This document shows, in pieces, positions 43,632-56,090 of a stretch of 64,000 nt of DNA. Each line of letters opens with the position of its first letter. Positions within the stretch are counted from its first letter, which is position 1. Made by a program: the position numbers and the translations under genes. Source of the DNA: the human T2T-CHM13v2.0 reference genome, Homo sapiens; NCBI RefSeq assembly GCF_009914755.1, contig NC_060936.1; one strand, given 5' to 3'. The notes beneath the pieces were generated by a model. That model saw only the letters and a list, made by a program, of their open reading frames with translations. It was not told where the DNA came from and did no database searches.

Positions 43632-44784
43632 TATGTTTACAAACAAGTTTCAAAAACAAAAGGAAAACATGTATGCTTCTACTTATTAACCTTTTTCAAA
43701 ATGCCAACAGCCCTCATGCTGTGTGAAGGTCTCTAAAGATTAGAAAAATCAATACAGTTCACTCACAGTTCACCAAGACATCACTAAACTAACATGTTTA
43801 GACAAAAACAAAAAAGACTAAGGTTCTCTTGTAGTTTGATAGTCTGATTTAATTTGATTTGCCTGAAATAACAAAAGCATTTCAAGCATCTTTCATTATG
43901 TAGTTGATGTCCTGCATTAAACAATCTACTAAATTCTGAACAAAAGGTTATTAGCAAGTTTTCAAAAATTTTAAAAATTAAACAGTTGCTTCAAAACCAT
44001 TAAGTAGTAAATGTATTTAAGAAACTAATTAGGACAGATGTCATAACTTCATTAGAACACCACTGCTCATGTTTTTTTGTTTTGTTTTGTTTTTTTCGTT
44101 TTTTTAAACAAAGCATTAGTGTTATCTATTTGGCTATTAGTATTAGCAATTTATCTACAATATTTAACAAGGTAAATTGTAGGCAAAAATTTAGTACAGT
44201 TTCAATAGAAACACCCCTTTTTTTTTTTTTCCTGAAAATACAGCAGTATTTGAAGGACTAATTTTTCTCTGCATCAGTTATAAGGAAGCTTCCCATCTAT
44301 GAACAGGAACAAAAAAAGTATCTACAAACCTTGTAAACAGATCTGTATCATTTATAAACATAAATAATCCAAATTATTAACAGCCAACAGCAGAAATTAA
44401 ACTATCAATTCAACGATCCAGGGCTCTTTGTCTTGCCCAGTTTTACTCCTCCCTCTCTCTCCCATCCAGGACTGAGATAAACTAAAGCTCTGCTAATACA
44501 CTGTTCAGGACCATGCTTGGGTACTACTGATGATCCACAGGTCACTTACGCTGAGTTACTGTTTATCTGTCAGTTCATTTCTCCCACCCCCCAAAAAGCA
44601 CCCTCAGTCTGGCAGAAAGCTTTGCTTTTTTTTTTTTAAAAAAATAAATCTACATTCGTACAAGTGTGTCTTCTGTTGAAGTCCAAAGACAAGAATACTA
44701 GCTTGTCCATCACAATATGTGAAAAGACCCAGTTTCAATTTGTTTCTTTACAATGCAGCTAGTGTGTTAACATTCAGCTTACAA

Positions 44785-45096
44785 TCAGAGTGATGTTTCC
44801 AAACTATGTAGTGGGCTTCCTGGGGATGAAGAGGTAGCAGACTTGTTCATTTCTATTGTAAGGTGAATTCCACTGTCAACAGCATTGTTATTTTTGTTGG
44901 GAGAGGGTGGAGGACTGGAGTTACGTTTTGTAGGAGCATCATCTTCGGCATCAGTGTCATCAATAAGGGGGATATGAGGCTCTGAATCTTCTATCCTAAA
45001 CTCAGGATGTGTCATAAAGTTGTGAATCGAACTTCTTGATTCCGGTTTTTCTAACCCTTCATATAAAGAACTACGAAATGCATTCACCACTCGAAT
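44785..45096 (-). CDS. ATP2B1: PMCA1 terminal coding exon, b-frame: [14 protein letters not shown]...PTKRNSS...LHSLETSL*
   Basis: ttacag|ATT CGA GTG; overlaps ORF 44785-45090; ends in the class I PDZ ligand ETSL and contains the KRNS PKA-type site. Confidence 0.98.
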   Translation of the reverse strand: MRVVNAFRSSLYEGLEKPESRSSIHNFMTHPEFRIEDSEPHIPLIDDTDAEDDAPTKRNSSPPPSPNKNNNAVDSGIHLTIEMNKSATSSSPGSPLHSLETSL

Positions 45097-46384
45097 CTGT
45101 AAATATCAGAAAATACAGAAATATGTCAGTACACTATTAACAACTTAAAAATGGTTCATTTATGAGTTTGAATCCACAAACAGCTAGGTATGAGTGAATC
45201 ATATTTGCATGTAATGCAGTGGAACTTGCAATACACTGTAAAAAAATGAATATTTTAGTAAGACACTACAGAACAACAAAACCACATACTCTAAGAATTA
45301 AGAGGTAAAGAATTCAAAGTAATATTAAGAAAATCTCATTGTCATTGGCTAAAAATTTAATAGCCATTTTATAGGATTTTTTCCCTAAAAGAACAAATCA
45401 AACACAAAACAAAACAAAAACTTAACCATACACAAGCTTAGCTGATTTTTTAAATTAAAAAGAATGTATTTTGAAAACAACTCAAATAAGTTAAACAAAA
45501 TCAAGCACAAAGGGTTACTATTTATCATGCTAGGAATTAGGGTGTCACCGACCATGAAAAAGCCAAGCAAATATAAGCTGAATGCCACAATGAACTCACA
45601 TCTACCCCACTACTCCCTTAATTAAAAACAAAAATAAGAACAAAACCCAAATAAATGTCTATAAAATGCCATTAAACAGCTATAAATATTTGAGTATATG
45701 CCATTTGTCTATCATTTGTCTATAAAGTTTTAGTGTTTTTCTCTGTAACAGATTAAAACTTAAATCAATTACTACAGTTATCTGGAAAGAATAGATCAAA
45801 AACAAAAACAAATCCTCTGGGATTCTTCTGTGAAAAATTTCCCAAGAAGACACAAAGTGTTAAAAGTTTTCTAGTATTTTCACCCCTAAGCAGATAGCTC
45901 AACAATTCATCTTCCTCTCAGTCTGCTGTATAAATGAAAAAGATTAGTGGGCAATCAAACTTAAAAACATCAGTGCACACACTGACATTAAGTGCTATTA
46001 ACTCAAGCGTCATTCAGATTTAGAAAAAAAAGGACAAAATCCAACTAGTTGAGCATTTACTATGTATCAATTCAAATACAGTGTTTGCTTTTGCTTTGAT
46101 TCTAATAAATCCTGTTTAGTAATAAAGACATCATTTACTCATTGTTAAGAGAAATAAATAACACTTTGACATTCTAGAAAAAAGATGCGGTCACCAAATT
46201 CATCTCTTTAGACAGCAATAATGAATAATACATTTCTTCAAATGAACATGTGAATGTGTTTAAAAAAATGTAATGTAGAGTTTAGGGCCATGCACCCACA
46301 TCTCACCTTCAAGTTGTCTTTCCTTATTTGCCAAGCCCTATTTGTAAGCTGCTTTTAGTCCATATTCACTTAGCCCTTTATATA

Positions 46385-46760
46385 GAGAGTACAGCATAGT
46401 CAACTGAGAAATACAAAAGCAAAATGTCTGGGTGTAAATTCCAGCTCTGCCACTTACTACCTGAGGAACCTCGGTCAAACAGGTTTCTTCAACTATAAAA
46501 TGGGAAATAGCAATGGTACTTGCCTTACGGGGTTGTTGTGGGAGATTAAATTCGTTAGCACACTACAAACTTAAAACAATGTTAGGTCACAAGTATCGAG
46601 GCCAGGGCTTCTCGAACTTTAATGTGCATACAAATTAGTTGGGGATCTTGTTAAAATGCAGATTCTGATTCAGCAGGGGCCTAAAGTCCTGCATTTCTAA
46701 CAACCTCCAAGGTGATGCTAAAGCTGCTGGTCCATGATCCACACTTGGAGCAGCAAGCAT
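46385..46760. mobile_element. MIR (about 46385-46600) followed by MER5A (about 46603-46760)
   Basis: ccagctctgccacttact...ataaaatggg; cagggcttctcgaactttaatgtgcatac...ttaaaatgcagattctgattcag. Confidence 0.7.
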
Positions 46761-48873
46761 CTATTCTATTAATGTCTTGCAGCTTTACCATCTTTTATAA
46801 TTCCATTCTATTTGATTGCTTGTACTTCAGTTCCTTAATTTGACTGATGAATAGCAGCAAATATTTTTCAACTTCTTTTATTGCTCTTGTTCCTCTTCCC
46901 CTTTACTAAGATGTAAAGTGTTCTACATATGGAATGTAAACAATGTTTGCTAAATATAACGTTATAGTAATTCATTCAGTGTTTTATTGTGAAGTCTTAA
47001 AATTCACATTTTATACATGTGAACATTCAGCAAGTATCCTGACTGTCCTAATAACAAACTGTAAAGCTTAAAATGCAAAAAGATAACTTTCTAAAAAAAA
47101 ATTTGTTGGTATCAGCAGCCCGTAGGCACGGAGGAGAATACAAATTAGAGGATCAGCCAGCAAACTTGATGGGTGATGAGAACTGTTCAAGACAACCCTG
47201 AAGATGTTGCTTATTTGATAAGGTTGCTGGTGCTGCTGCTACTGAAGATAGAACAACAGTTAAGCTTTCTGTGTATGTGTGTGTTTTCCATCTGTTTTTC
47301 TTTGTAATCAGTCGGTATAAAAGTGAGCAGTGAAGAATCGGGGGGAAATAAATGTACTTTTTAAACATGTTAAATTTGGAAAATATCTAGAGCTCAGAAG
47401 AAAAGTGTAAACTTAAGTTAGAGATTTGAGAGTTAGTGAAGCTCTAAGAGGGGCAGAGTGTAAAGGTGAGGGCAACAAGTATATGTGCACACACAATCAC
47501 ACACATACACCGGTGGCAGGCAAAGAAAGATTAAATCCCTTCTTAGCAAAACTTCAATTCTGAGAAGATTTTTCCTATCTGAATTTGTTGAACAATATTA
47601 GAGATTTTTTTTTTCTAACCACTTCATAAATAATAAAACTGAGCAACAGAGAGGATGGGTGGCTGACTTGTTAAGGAACTCCTAATTAGTGCTAAAGAGT
47701 CTTAAAACCTAGGTTTCTGGGCTCCCAATTCCAGGTTCCTTGGAAGTCAAGAGAAGACAAAAACATACGATCATTTACTTTATCCCTAACTTCACTTGAA
47801 TAAAACATTCCATAAGATTAAGGTTAATGCTTCCTTTGTCTGACACATCTATTTAAGCCATATGACTGGTTAGTTTCAGCACGTTACTAGGCCAGTTCAG
47901 CAATGCTCGAAAGCAATTCAATTTTCAAAGAACAGTTCTCGAGATACATACAATAAAGCTCAGATTAACCAGGAATCATCGAACCAGAGTTGTTTTACTT
48001 TCTACTTATAAAGAACATAAGAAAGCACTCTTGATCTAAGGCATGACACTGAGCTGGCTCACACCTGCTCTGATCTTTATTACTTTCTGTATGTAAAATT
48101 CTCACAGTACAGTAACTGTGAGGAAAATAATAATTTTGTGCACAATACTTTAGGTAGGAAGGAAACTATATTAATAATAATTCAATTTAAGTAGAAATAT
48201 AAGTAAACTTAATTACAGGCTTTTGAAAATCCAAGCCTATTTATTTTATCCAGTTTTAAAATTCAATTCCTATTTATTATCTATTTAAACCTACTCTGTG
48301 GAGCATACTTATACCCCTCGAAATTATCAGAATTAAGAAAAATTCAGTAATTCCTGTGTCAAAAATATTCTGTAAAAGTAAACTGTTCAACAGAGAAAAA
48401 AAAAAAACAAAAATACTGCATGAAGCACATATGGTAAACAAAAAAACTGAAGTGATTATCATAATCATGAATTTTAAGAAACTGAAAATGATTATCAAGG
48501 TAAACAATATATGAAATATAACAAATCCAAACAAGATCATGTACCTACAAAACCAATTTTTCTAAATACCATCCTAACTTTTAATAGCAGAAAATAACAT
48601 TGTTTACTGCCTAAAACATTGTACAGAAGAGAGAGCTCTAAAATACTAATCACAAGCCAATAAATCTTACCTTCTACAACAAATTGCCCACTTCTGAAAT
48701 TTGTTTTCATTACTACTTTTCTATGTGCACTAACTTAAAGAATTGCAATGGTACAGTAAAAGATACTTTGCAACTAGAAACAAAATTCTAGATTGTTTTC
48801 CAAAGTTGGGTACTTGCATATTAAATTTTCTCAAAAGGAGACCCACCTGTGTAATGTTCTTATCTATCTGGAA

Positions 48874-49096
48874 CAGGGGTTGGTAAACTTTTTCTGTGAA
48901 GTGCCAGACAGTAAAATATTTTAGGTTTTGTGAATTATACAGTCTGTCATAATTATACAACTCTGCCCTTATAGTGAAAAATCTGCCACAGGTATTACTT
49001 AAATGAATGGGCAACGCTGCATTCCAGTAACAACTTATTTCCAAAAATAGACAACAGGCTAGATTTGGCCCATAAGCTGTAGTTTGCTGATCCTTC
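48874..49096. mobile_element. MER58A hAT-Charlie element
   Basis: caggggttggtaaactttttctgt...gtagtttgctgatccttc; degenerate 8-bp TSD atctggaa/acctagaa. Confidence 0.85.
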
Positions 49097-51838
49097 ACCT
49101 AGAAAACCAAATTTTCTCTCAATTTCTCATTTCCAGGAATGTGTATTTATTTATTCAGGAAAAAAAAATCTACTAATGGTAAAAACTGGTGTTAGAATGA
49201 TATACTTTATAAATAGAAAAAAACTACAGAATGTTTTCTCTAGAGACCTGTAAGAGTGAAGATCTGACTAATAAATGAAGGGAAAAAGGTCTCTTCAGAG
49301 ATGTTTGAGTCCAGCATTTGACAAAGTCTAAATGGATTATTTCTTCTATTTTAGCTAAGCAAGGTCACCCAATAAGGGTTAAATAATTTTGACACCCATA
49401 GGTAGTTCTAAAACTATTCCATATTAGGGCAGAAACACAGTGATAAAATGAAATCTTTCATTAAATATATTAACATAGTTCTATATTTTGGCTGATGTTC
49501 TGTACCACCTAAGACAATGCTCCACCAACAAGGTTGAAAGACATTTATGGTAACAGCAACATAATTACTGCAACTCTTGGTGTATAATGACAACTGTATT
49601 AACGAGATATGATTTACTCCCTGGATAACTCCAAGAACATAGGACACAGAATAAAGAAGTAAACATCTCAAACCTTGATAAAGCAACAACTACAAACTTT
49701 CCTTTGCCACTCTCTTAAGTGCACCTTTACTTCCCTGAAGTATCTGCTCCCCTAGCCACATGGGCCCAGAAACTCAGAGGTTTCATATGTAACTGTGCAT
49801 CAGAAAAAAGAGCCTGGGATGGAAAAAAAGATGCCTGGGTGCAGAGGTGTGTGCATATATGTGTCTGCCTGCCTGTCTTAAAAGTTTATGATTGCTTTGA
49901 TATTTAATATAAAGCTTGGAACACAATCAGACTGAGAAATATAATAAGTATAGTACACCTAAAGCCATCTGATATCCCTCTAAATGAAAAAAACAATTAT
50001 TTAAATATTGGTAAATAAAAACGAATAGGATACACATTACCCATGAGATAAACTTGTCGAAAAAGTTTAATATGAAGCTAATCAGTAGCAATCAATCAGA
50101 CAAATCTGGAATGTAGAACCCTTCATAAGACAATTCACCTGGATTTTTCATAAGTCAATGTCATAAAAAATAAAGGCAGGGAATGAATACAGGTTGGAGA
50201 CTAGACTCATAACACACATACTGTCAATAATTATTTCTTGGATTAAAAAAGCTATAAAGGAAATTTTGGGGGCAACCAGAGAAATCTGAATACTAACTGT
50301 CTGTTAGATAATATGGTATCAATGTTAAATTTCTTGGATAATAAAGTATGATTATATACGGGAATTCTTAGGTACATGCTGAAGTATTTAGGGATAAAAC
50401 ACTGGTATCTGCCATTTTCAAACGGCTCAGAAAAAAGTTTTATTAATATACAGATAAAGTAGTGTCATAAAATATTAAGTGGTAAATCCAGGTGAAAGAT
50501 TTTCATGTATTAATTTTTCAACTTGTCTGTAGGTTTGAATTTTTCAAATTTAAAATTTTGAGGGAAGGGGGTTTATCAGGATAAAGTCTTAGTTTGGCTC
50601 CTTCTTGTGGGGTATAAACAGATACTTACTTTCCATTTCAGCTTCCCTTAGTTTATTACTCTTTCAGTACCAGACTATTATCAATCCCTTAGTTTATTCC
50701 TCTTTTAGTACCAGATTATAATCACTGAGGCCTCATTTGGTGAATTCTATCAAGGGTCATCTTGGGAGTCACCTCCTTCAGGCAATTTTTCTTGACTTTC
50801 CAGGGTAGGCTAAGGACCCTGTTAAGACAGTTTGTGTTTTACTACCATGTAGAAATTTCCAACTACTTTTTTTTGTCCTTTACTAGGCTGCAGGTTCTGG
50901 AGGTTCCAGCATAGTTCTGACACATGGTAGGCCTTCCATAAAGGCTTGTGGAACATTTACCATCTAGGGCTAGGTGGTAAGGAGCACCAGAGAGAGAGGC
51001 ATAGTTTGAAATCCACAGATACAGGGAGGAAGAGGCATTTTTATTGTATCAGGCCTAAGGCTAGGCAATTTATGGTTACCATTTTATTCAGGTAGGTAAT
51101 TTTTAAAAGGAAGAGTTCTAGCTGTCCCTCTATGTAAATTTAATATCTTAATGTTAGCGAGTCACTTGGAACACTTTGCTTTGCATCATGCGGCCTCTGC
51201 TTATTAGTCGTAGAGAAGTTATTTAAACTCTAAGGCAGTTTTCACACCTGTAAAACAGGGACAGTTCTTACTGTGCCTGTTTCACCACATTTTAAAAAAT
51301 ATCAAATGAAAATATACTTAAGTAAATACGGAACAAACAGGCATTAAGTGGAAAGTCTGCACTGTTTTCTCCCTTAATTCATCCTCTCTGCAGCTTCTCA
51401 AGGTTCCTCTAGTCCTTCGCTGGCTGGAGACCAAATGGAAAAGATAGGTCTCTGTCTACTTCAAGGCTAACCTTAGGTAGCTCTGTAAATTTTGGGGTTT
51501 ACATCTTTAATGCCTCCAATATATTGAGAATGCGCCATGAATTCTCAGTAAGATTTATAGCTTATAAGGCTTTTAGAAAGTTTGCTATTTACTAAAAACC
51601 TGAAAGAAAATGTTATTTTAGTCAATTATTGAAAATTACAACATTTATTGGTTCAACGATTAATCAATAGTATACTTTTCCTACTTCTACTGAAACTTAA
51701 CAGAACATTTCTTATCTATGATGCAATTTTTAACTAAATTGTCTATACAAATGGAAAAAAAAACCACCCCAAACCATAAATACCACAGAAACTTTTTAAA
51801 TTTACACAGTGATTTCCCCTGAAACCACTGCACAACCA

Positions 51839-51873
<35 letters not shown>

Positions 51874-52396
51874 AAGCAAGGCAAAGTTCAGGTTAAGAAG
51901 GCAAGCAACTGGCTATACATACTGAAAACTTGTCTTCAGGCTACTAACTTACTTTCCAAATTGGACAAAAGTCAAAATGCTAAATTTATTCTTAGCTTTG
52001 AAAATGCAATTTCCTGGTTCTGTTAGATGAGTTTCAAATCACATGCTTTTAGGAAACATGCAATATAAACATGTTTAAAGGCATATACTCAAAAATTTAT
52101 AGTAGTTTCACAAGTTCTAAGCTACAATTTTATTCCCCATATTAACTATCAGAGTTAGCACAGAGACAAGCTCACAGATTGCATCTAATCTTTGGTTGCA
52201 ATTGTTCCACCTGTTATCTAGCCCTCTAAGAAATAAAACAACAACGACAACACTTTGAGGTCTCAATCCACTTTACGAAAAGAAAGCTTTATGAAAAAGC
52301 CTGAACAATGAATTCAAACATTAAGGAGAAAATGAGAAACGTTAGGTGTGTGAAGTAGGAAATGTTAATTTCATGCACTTAGGAACACACACTCAC

Positions 52397-52550
52397 ACCC
52401 CACAGTAGTAGAAGCAGTAGAAGAGGAAAACACTACATGTGTAGGGGTAGAAATATTTGTTACATCATGATGCTGGCTGGCGATGGAGGGTTGCCGCCTT
52501 AGAGCCCCCTGAATGGAACTTCCACTCTGGAAAGCATTCACTACATCCAT
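52397..52550 (-). CDS. ATP2B1: PMCA1 alternative 'site C' exon (154 nt): MDVVNAFQSGSSIQGALRRQPSIASQHHDVTNISTPTHVVFSSSTASTTVG; internal donors after nt 87, 114 and 152
   Basis: ttgcag|ATG GAT...GGG T|gtgagt. GT dinucleotides follow exon ends at 52464 (gtaaca), 52437 (gtagtg) and 52399 (gtgtga), matching the known 1a/1c/1d/1e variants. Confidence 0.95.
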
Positions 52551-52911
52551 CTGCAAGGAATCAGAGATTGTGACAGCTTGCTCAGCAAGAGAGAGAGAGA
52601 ACAAGAGAAAGGACCATTCCATCTATCAACATATAAAAAGAAAAAGGCACTTTTTACACAGCATATAGGCAAGAATAGCATTTTGAGATGAAGTGGGGGA
52701 TGGGGGAGCTAGGAAAAAAGGAGCTTAGGGGCATATAGACACATTCTTTCATAATCAGTTAAAAGTCTCACTCATTCCAGGCACCAGTATTACTTTTCAA
52801 GAGAATACAATTTGTGGGTTGGGAAGGCTAGAGAGGAAGTTTAAGGAGCACACTCGAACCTCCTCCCCAGGTCAAAAAGCCCTGGCTCCCATCATCTCTC
52901 CTACCTCTCTA

Positions 52912-53106
<195 letters not shown>

Positions 53107-54455
53107 CTACAACACAGGGGAATGAACTTAGAAATAAATCATATCAAGTAAAGGTAAGCTGATCAACTGTAATACTAAAGGTATTAAAAGTGGTGAGAGT
53201 ATCCGACTATCTTTACCAATGAAGTAATGGGATCCTGTTGATTAGTCTTTCTCTCCCAGAGCAAAATACATTCTTCTCTTAGCTACACAAAAGATTTGAG
53301 TTTGAAGGATAAAAAGTTTTCCTAAATGGAAATTAACCTGATTACATTTTTCATATTTTCATCAGGACATTCAAGACAGTACATTGTAAAACCATGCTCT
53401 GATATATGTATTTACTTAAAAAGTCCTATTTATTTTGAATACAATGAAAATGGCAGGTGGTCTTACTAGATGCAAAACACGTTTACATTTCATTAATGCT
53501 GTCAGAGTTCAATGAGAAAAAATGTATAAAATTTTTAAAAAAATCATTAAGGTTACACTGAAAATAGTTTTGTTACATATTTTTTTTAAAATGCAACAGT
53601 TTAAAATTGGATTAGTACTGATTGATGACGCCAAACAAAAACAGATGCCCTAGAAAACACAAAGGATACAAGAAACACCAATACACGTATATTAGCTTAT
53701 GTGTTAACATCCATTCTCTAAGGCAGCAGTTGGGTTTATCAGGGAGAAACAAGCATGTAGTCAGCTACAGAATTCTGCTTGGAGAACTTCTAGTACACCC
53801 ACCTCATTTCACCAAGGTGAAATAGGCTTCAAGGCACATAAAGTGACTTGCTCATGGAGTGACTAGGAACCTAGGTCTCCTGACCACCAAAGGCAGTGCT
53901 TGTTCTACCATGGTACACTTAGTATGGGTCTTACTTAAAAGATGATCTCTATTAATGAGGTACTCAAAATAGATAAGAAACCTCAGAATCTAGAAACATA
54001 GTTAAGAAAAAGAAGAGACACAAAGATGTAAAGATTGGGCTACATTTAAGGAAAACCTGAAAGTCTGGTTTCACTGATTTGCAGAATGACAATAAATTAG
54101 CTCATGCAAATTATATGCCATAATATATATTAACCTTCATCTATGAAAATGTTAGATTTTCTATAAATTAGTTTTATAGTAATGGGCTTAAAATGAACAA
54201 TGCATAAATCACTGTCACATTTAAAAAATAATGACATGCATTTGCAAGTAAGCTGCCTATAGTAAATATGAGGTATATCTCTTATTTCAGGCACTTTATT
54301 TCATATATACACTGTTAAAGCTATTCAATTCAAATCTAAAACATCATTTTGTGACCCCTTTTTCCAGGTAACATTATTTTTATAAAAACATTCTCTAAGG
54401 TCAGTTTTTCCTATGCTGCATATTGGATTAAATTACAGAACAAAATGACAATGTA

Positions 54456-54754
<299 letters not shown>

Positions 54755-55131
54755 ATGTATTTTTTACATTGTTGTAAAAAATTTTTTTCTGAAAATGTAA
54801 AAATAGGTTATAGAGTAAAAGATACAGATATTAGCATCCTAACCAGTTATAAATACATCATTTTTAAAAACCGCTACAAAACTTCTAAAAAACAAGTTAA
54901 AAAAACACATAAAAAGTTAGGATAGTATTTTATAGTACAGGCATAATCATAATGAACAAGTGACATACTGGAACTAATACGACATTAAAAAAACTTATCT
55001 TTGAATGCCCTCTCTTTACTCACCACATTAACCATTTAGAATCAAGTAATGAAACTGTTAAAGAAAATACACACTAGAAATTAAAAAAAAAAATCACTTT
55101 AGGTTTAAACAAAAACTGATGAAATTTTTAC

Positions 55132-55239
55132 CTGGCCCCAGAGTAATGTTCCCATTCCTAGGAATATTGACCATAGCCACTGTTCTATTGAAAGTTCTGA
55201 ACAACTGAAAGGTTTTCCACCAAACTGCACAATTATTAT
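55132..55239 (-). CDS. ATP2B1: PMCA1 108-nt 'site B' exon: [36 protein letters not shown] (TM9 end to TM10)
   Basis: ccag|ATA ATA...GGC CAG|gtaaaa; 36 codons, symmetric phase 0. Confidence 0.96.
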
Positions 55240-55954
55240 CTGGAGGAATAATCAAGAGTAAATTTACTTAAATCTTAAATTTTAAAATTCATATACTTAA
55301 AAAAATATCAAATTTATGTCCTCTAAAACAAGGTGAACAACCACTATTCTGATGAATTGTATTATATTAGTCACAACTGAAAATAAGACAACTGAAATAG
55401 ACCTTTCCTCTTTCCCCTCCAGTCCACTTTGCCTCTTAGAAAAAAAGACAACTGAAATAAAGTAAAATCTCTGCCCAATATTTTTGATGCATGCGTATTT
55501 CATGTTTAAATTACGCTTACTAAAAAGTAAAATTCTTATGACCAAGAATAATAATTTTATACTGTTTCCAATATAACCCCAAGCAACTACATTCCCCTGT
55601 ATTTAGTACAACTCTTCAAATAATCTGTGCCTTTCTCAAAATATAGTACTCTTTTGTAGAAAAGACTGTATGTTACTGGAAAAATGCACAATATTAAAAA
55701 AATTCCACATAGCTGTTTATTTCTAGTTAACATTTAGACATACTAAGATAAACACAGACTGTATGAGAAGAAAGGCAACTTGGAAAGTTCTATGAAATAT
55801 GGGCTAACTCAGGTGAGGTGATCTCAGATTTGCTCTCCTTTATGAAAAGAGTGAGGTCTGATGATGAATATAAATTCATAATACAGTGCTTATGTTTTGC
55901 TTGTTATTCTAAAAGGCCTAAAATAGTGTGCATGGAAATATTAAGAATTAACTG

Positions 55955-56090
55955 GGGTTGGGTGTGGTGACTCATACCTGTAATTCTAGCACTTTTGGAG
56001 GCTGAGGTGAGAGGACTGCTTGAGCCCAGGAGTTCAAGACCAGCCTAGGCAACATAGCAAGACCCTGTCTTAATTAAAAAATAAATAATT
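55955..56090 (+). mobile_element. Alu monomer (FLAM/AluJ left arm), antisense to ATP2B1
   Basis: gggtgtggtgactcatacctgtaattctagcactttt...gaccctgtct followed by an A-rich tail. Confidence 0.85.

Larger units (their letters stand above)
41855..44784 (-). other. ATP2B1: ATP2B1 3' UTR (~2.9 kb, AU-rich)
   Basis: Runs from the stop codon to a minus-strand AATAAA (plus TTTATT 41873-41878); Alu-free and U-rich on the mRNA strand. Confidence 0.8.

Noticed and set aside
47172-47205. C/D-box snoRNA-like GTGATGA...CTGA on plus
   Set aside because: The boxes are only about 20 nt apart, there is no clear terminal stem, and it is antisense to the host gene.
52374-52397. CaaX prenylation motif in the read-through tail CECVFLSA
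   Set aside because: The last four residues are FLSA; Cys is not at position -4.
52551-52622. N-terminal extension MEWSFLLFSLSLAEQ... of ORF 52371-52622, resembling a signal peptide
   Set aside because: It is the translated polypyrimidine tract of the intron upstream of the site C acceptor; there is no evidence for an internal promoter.
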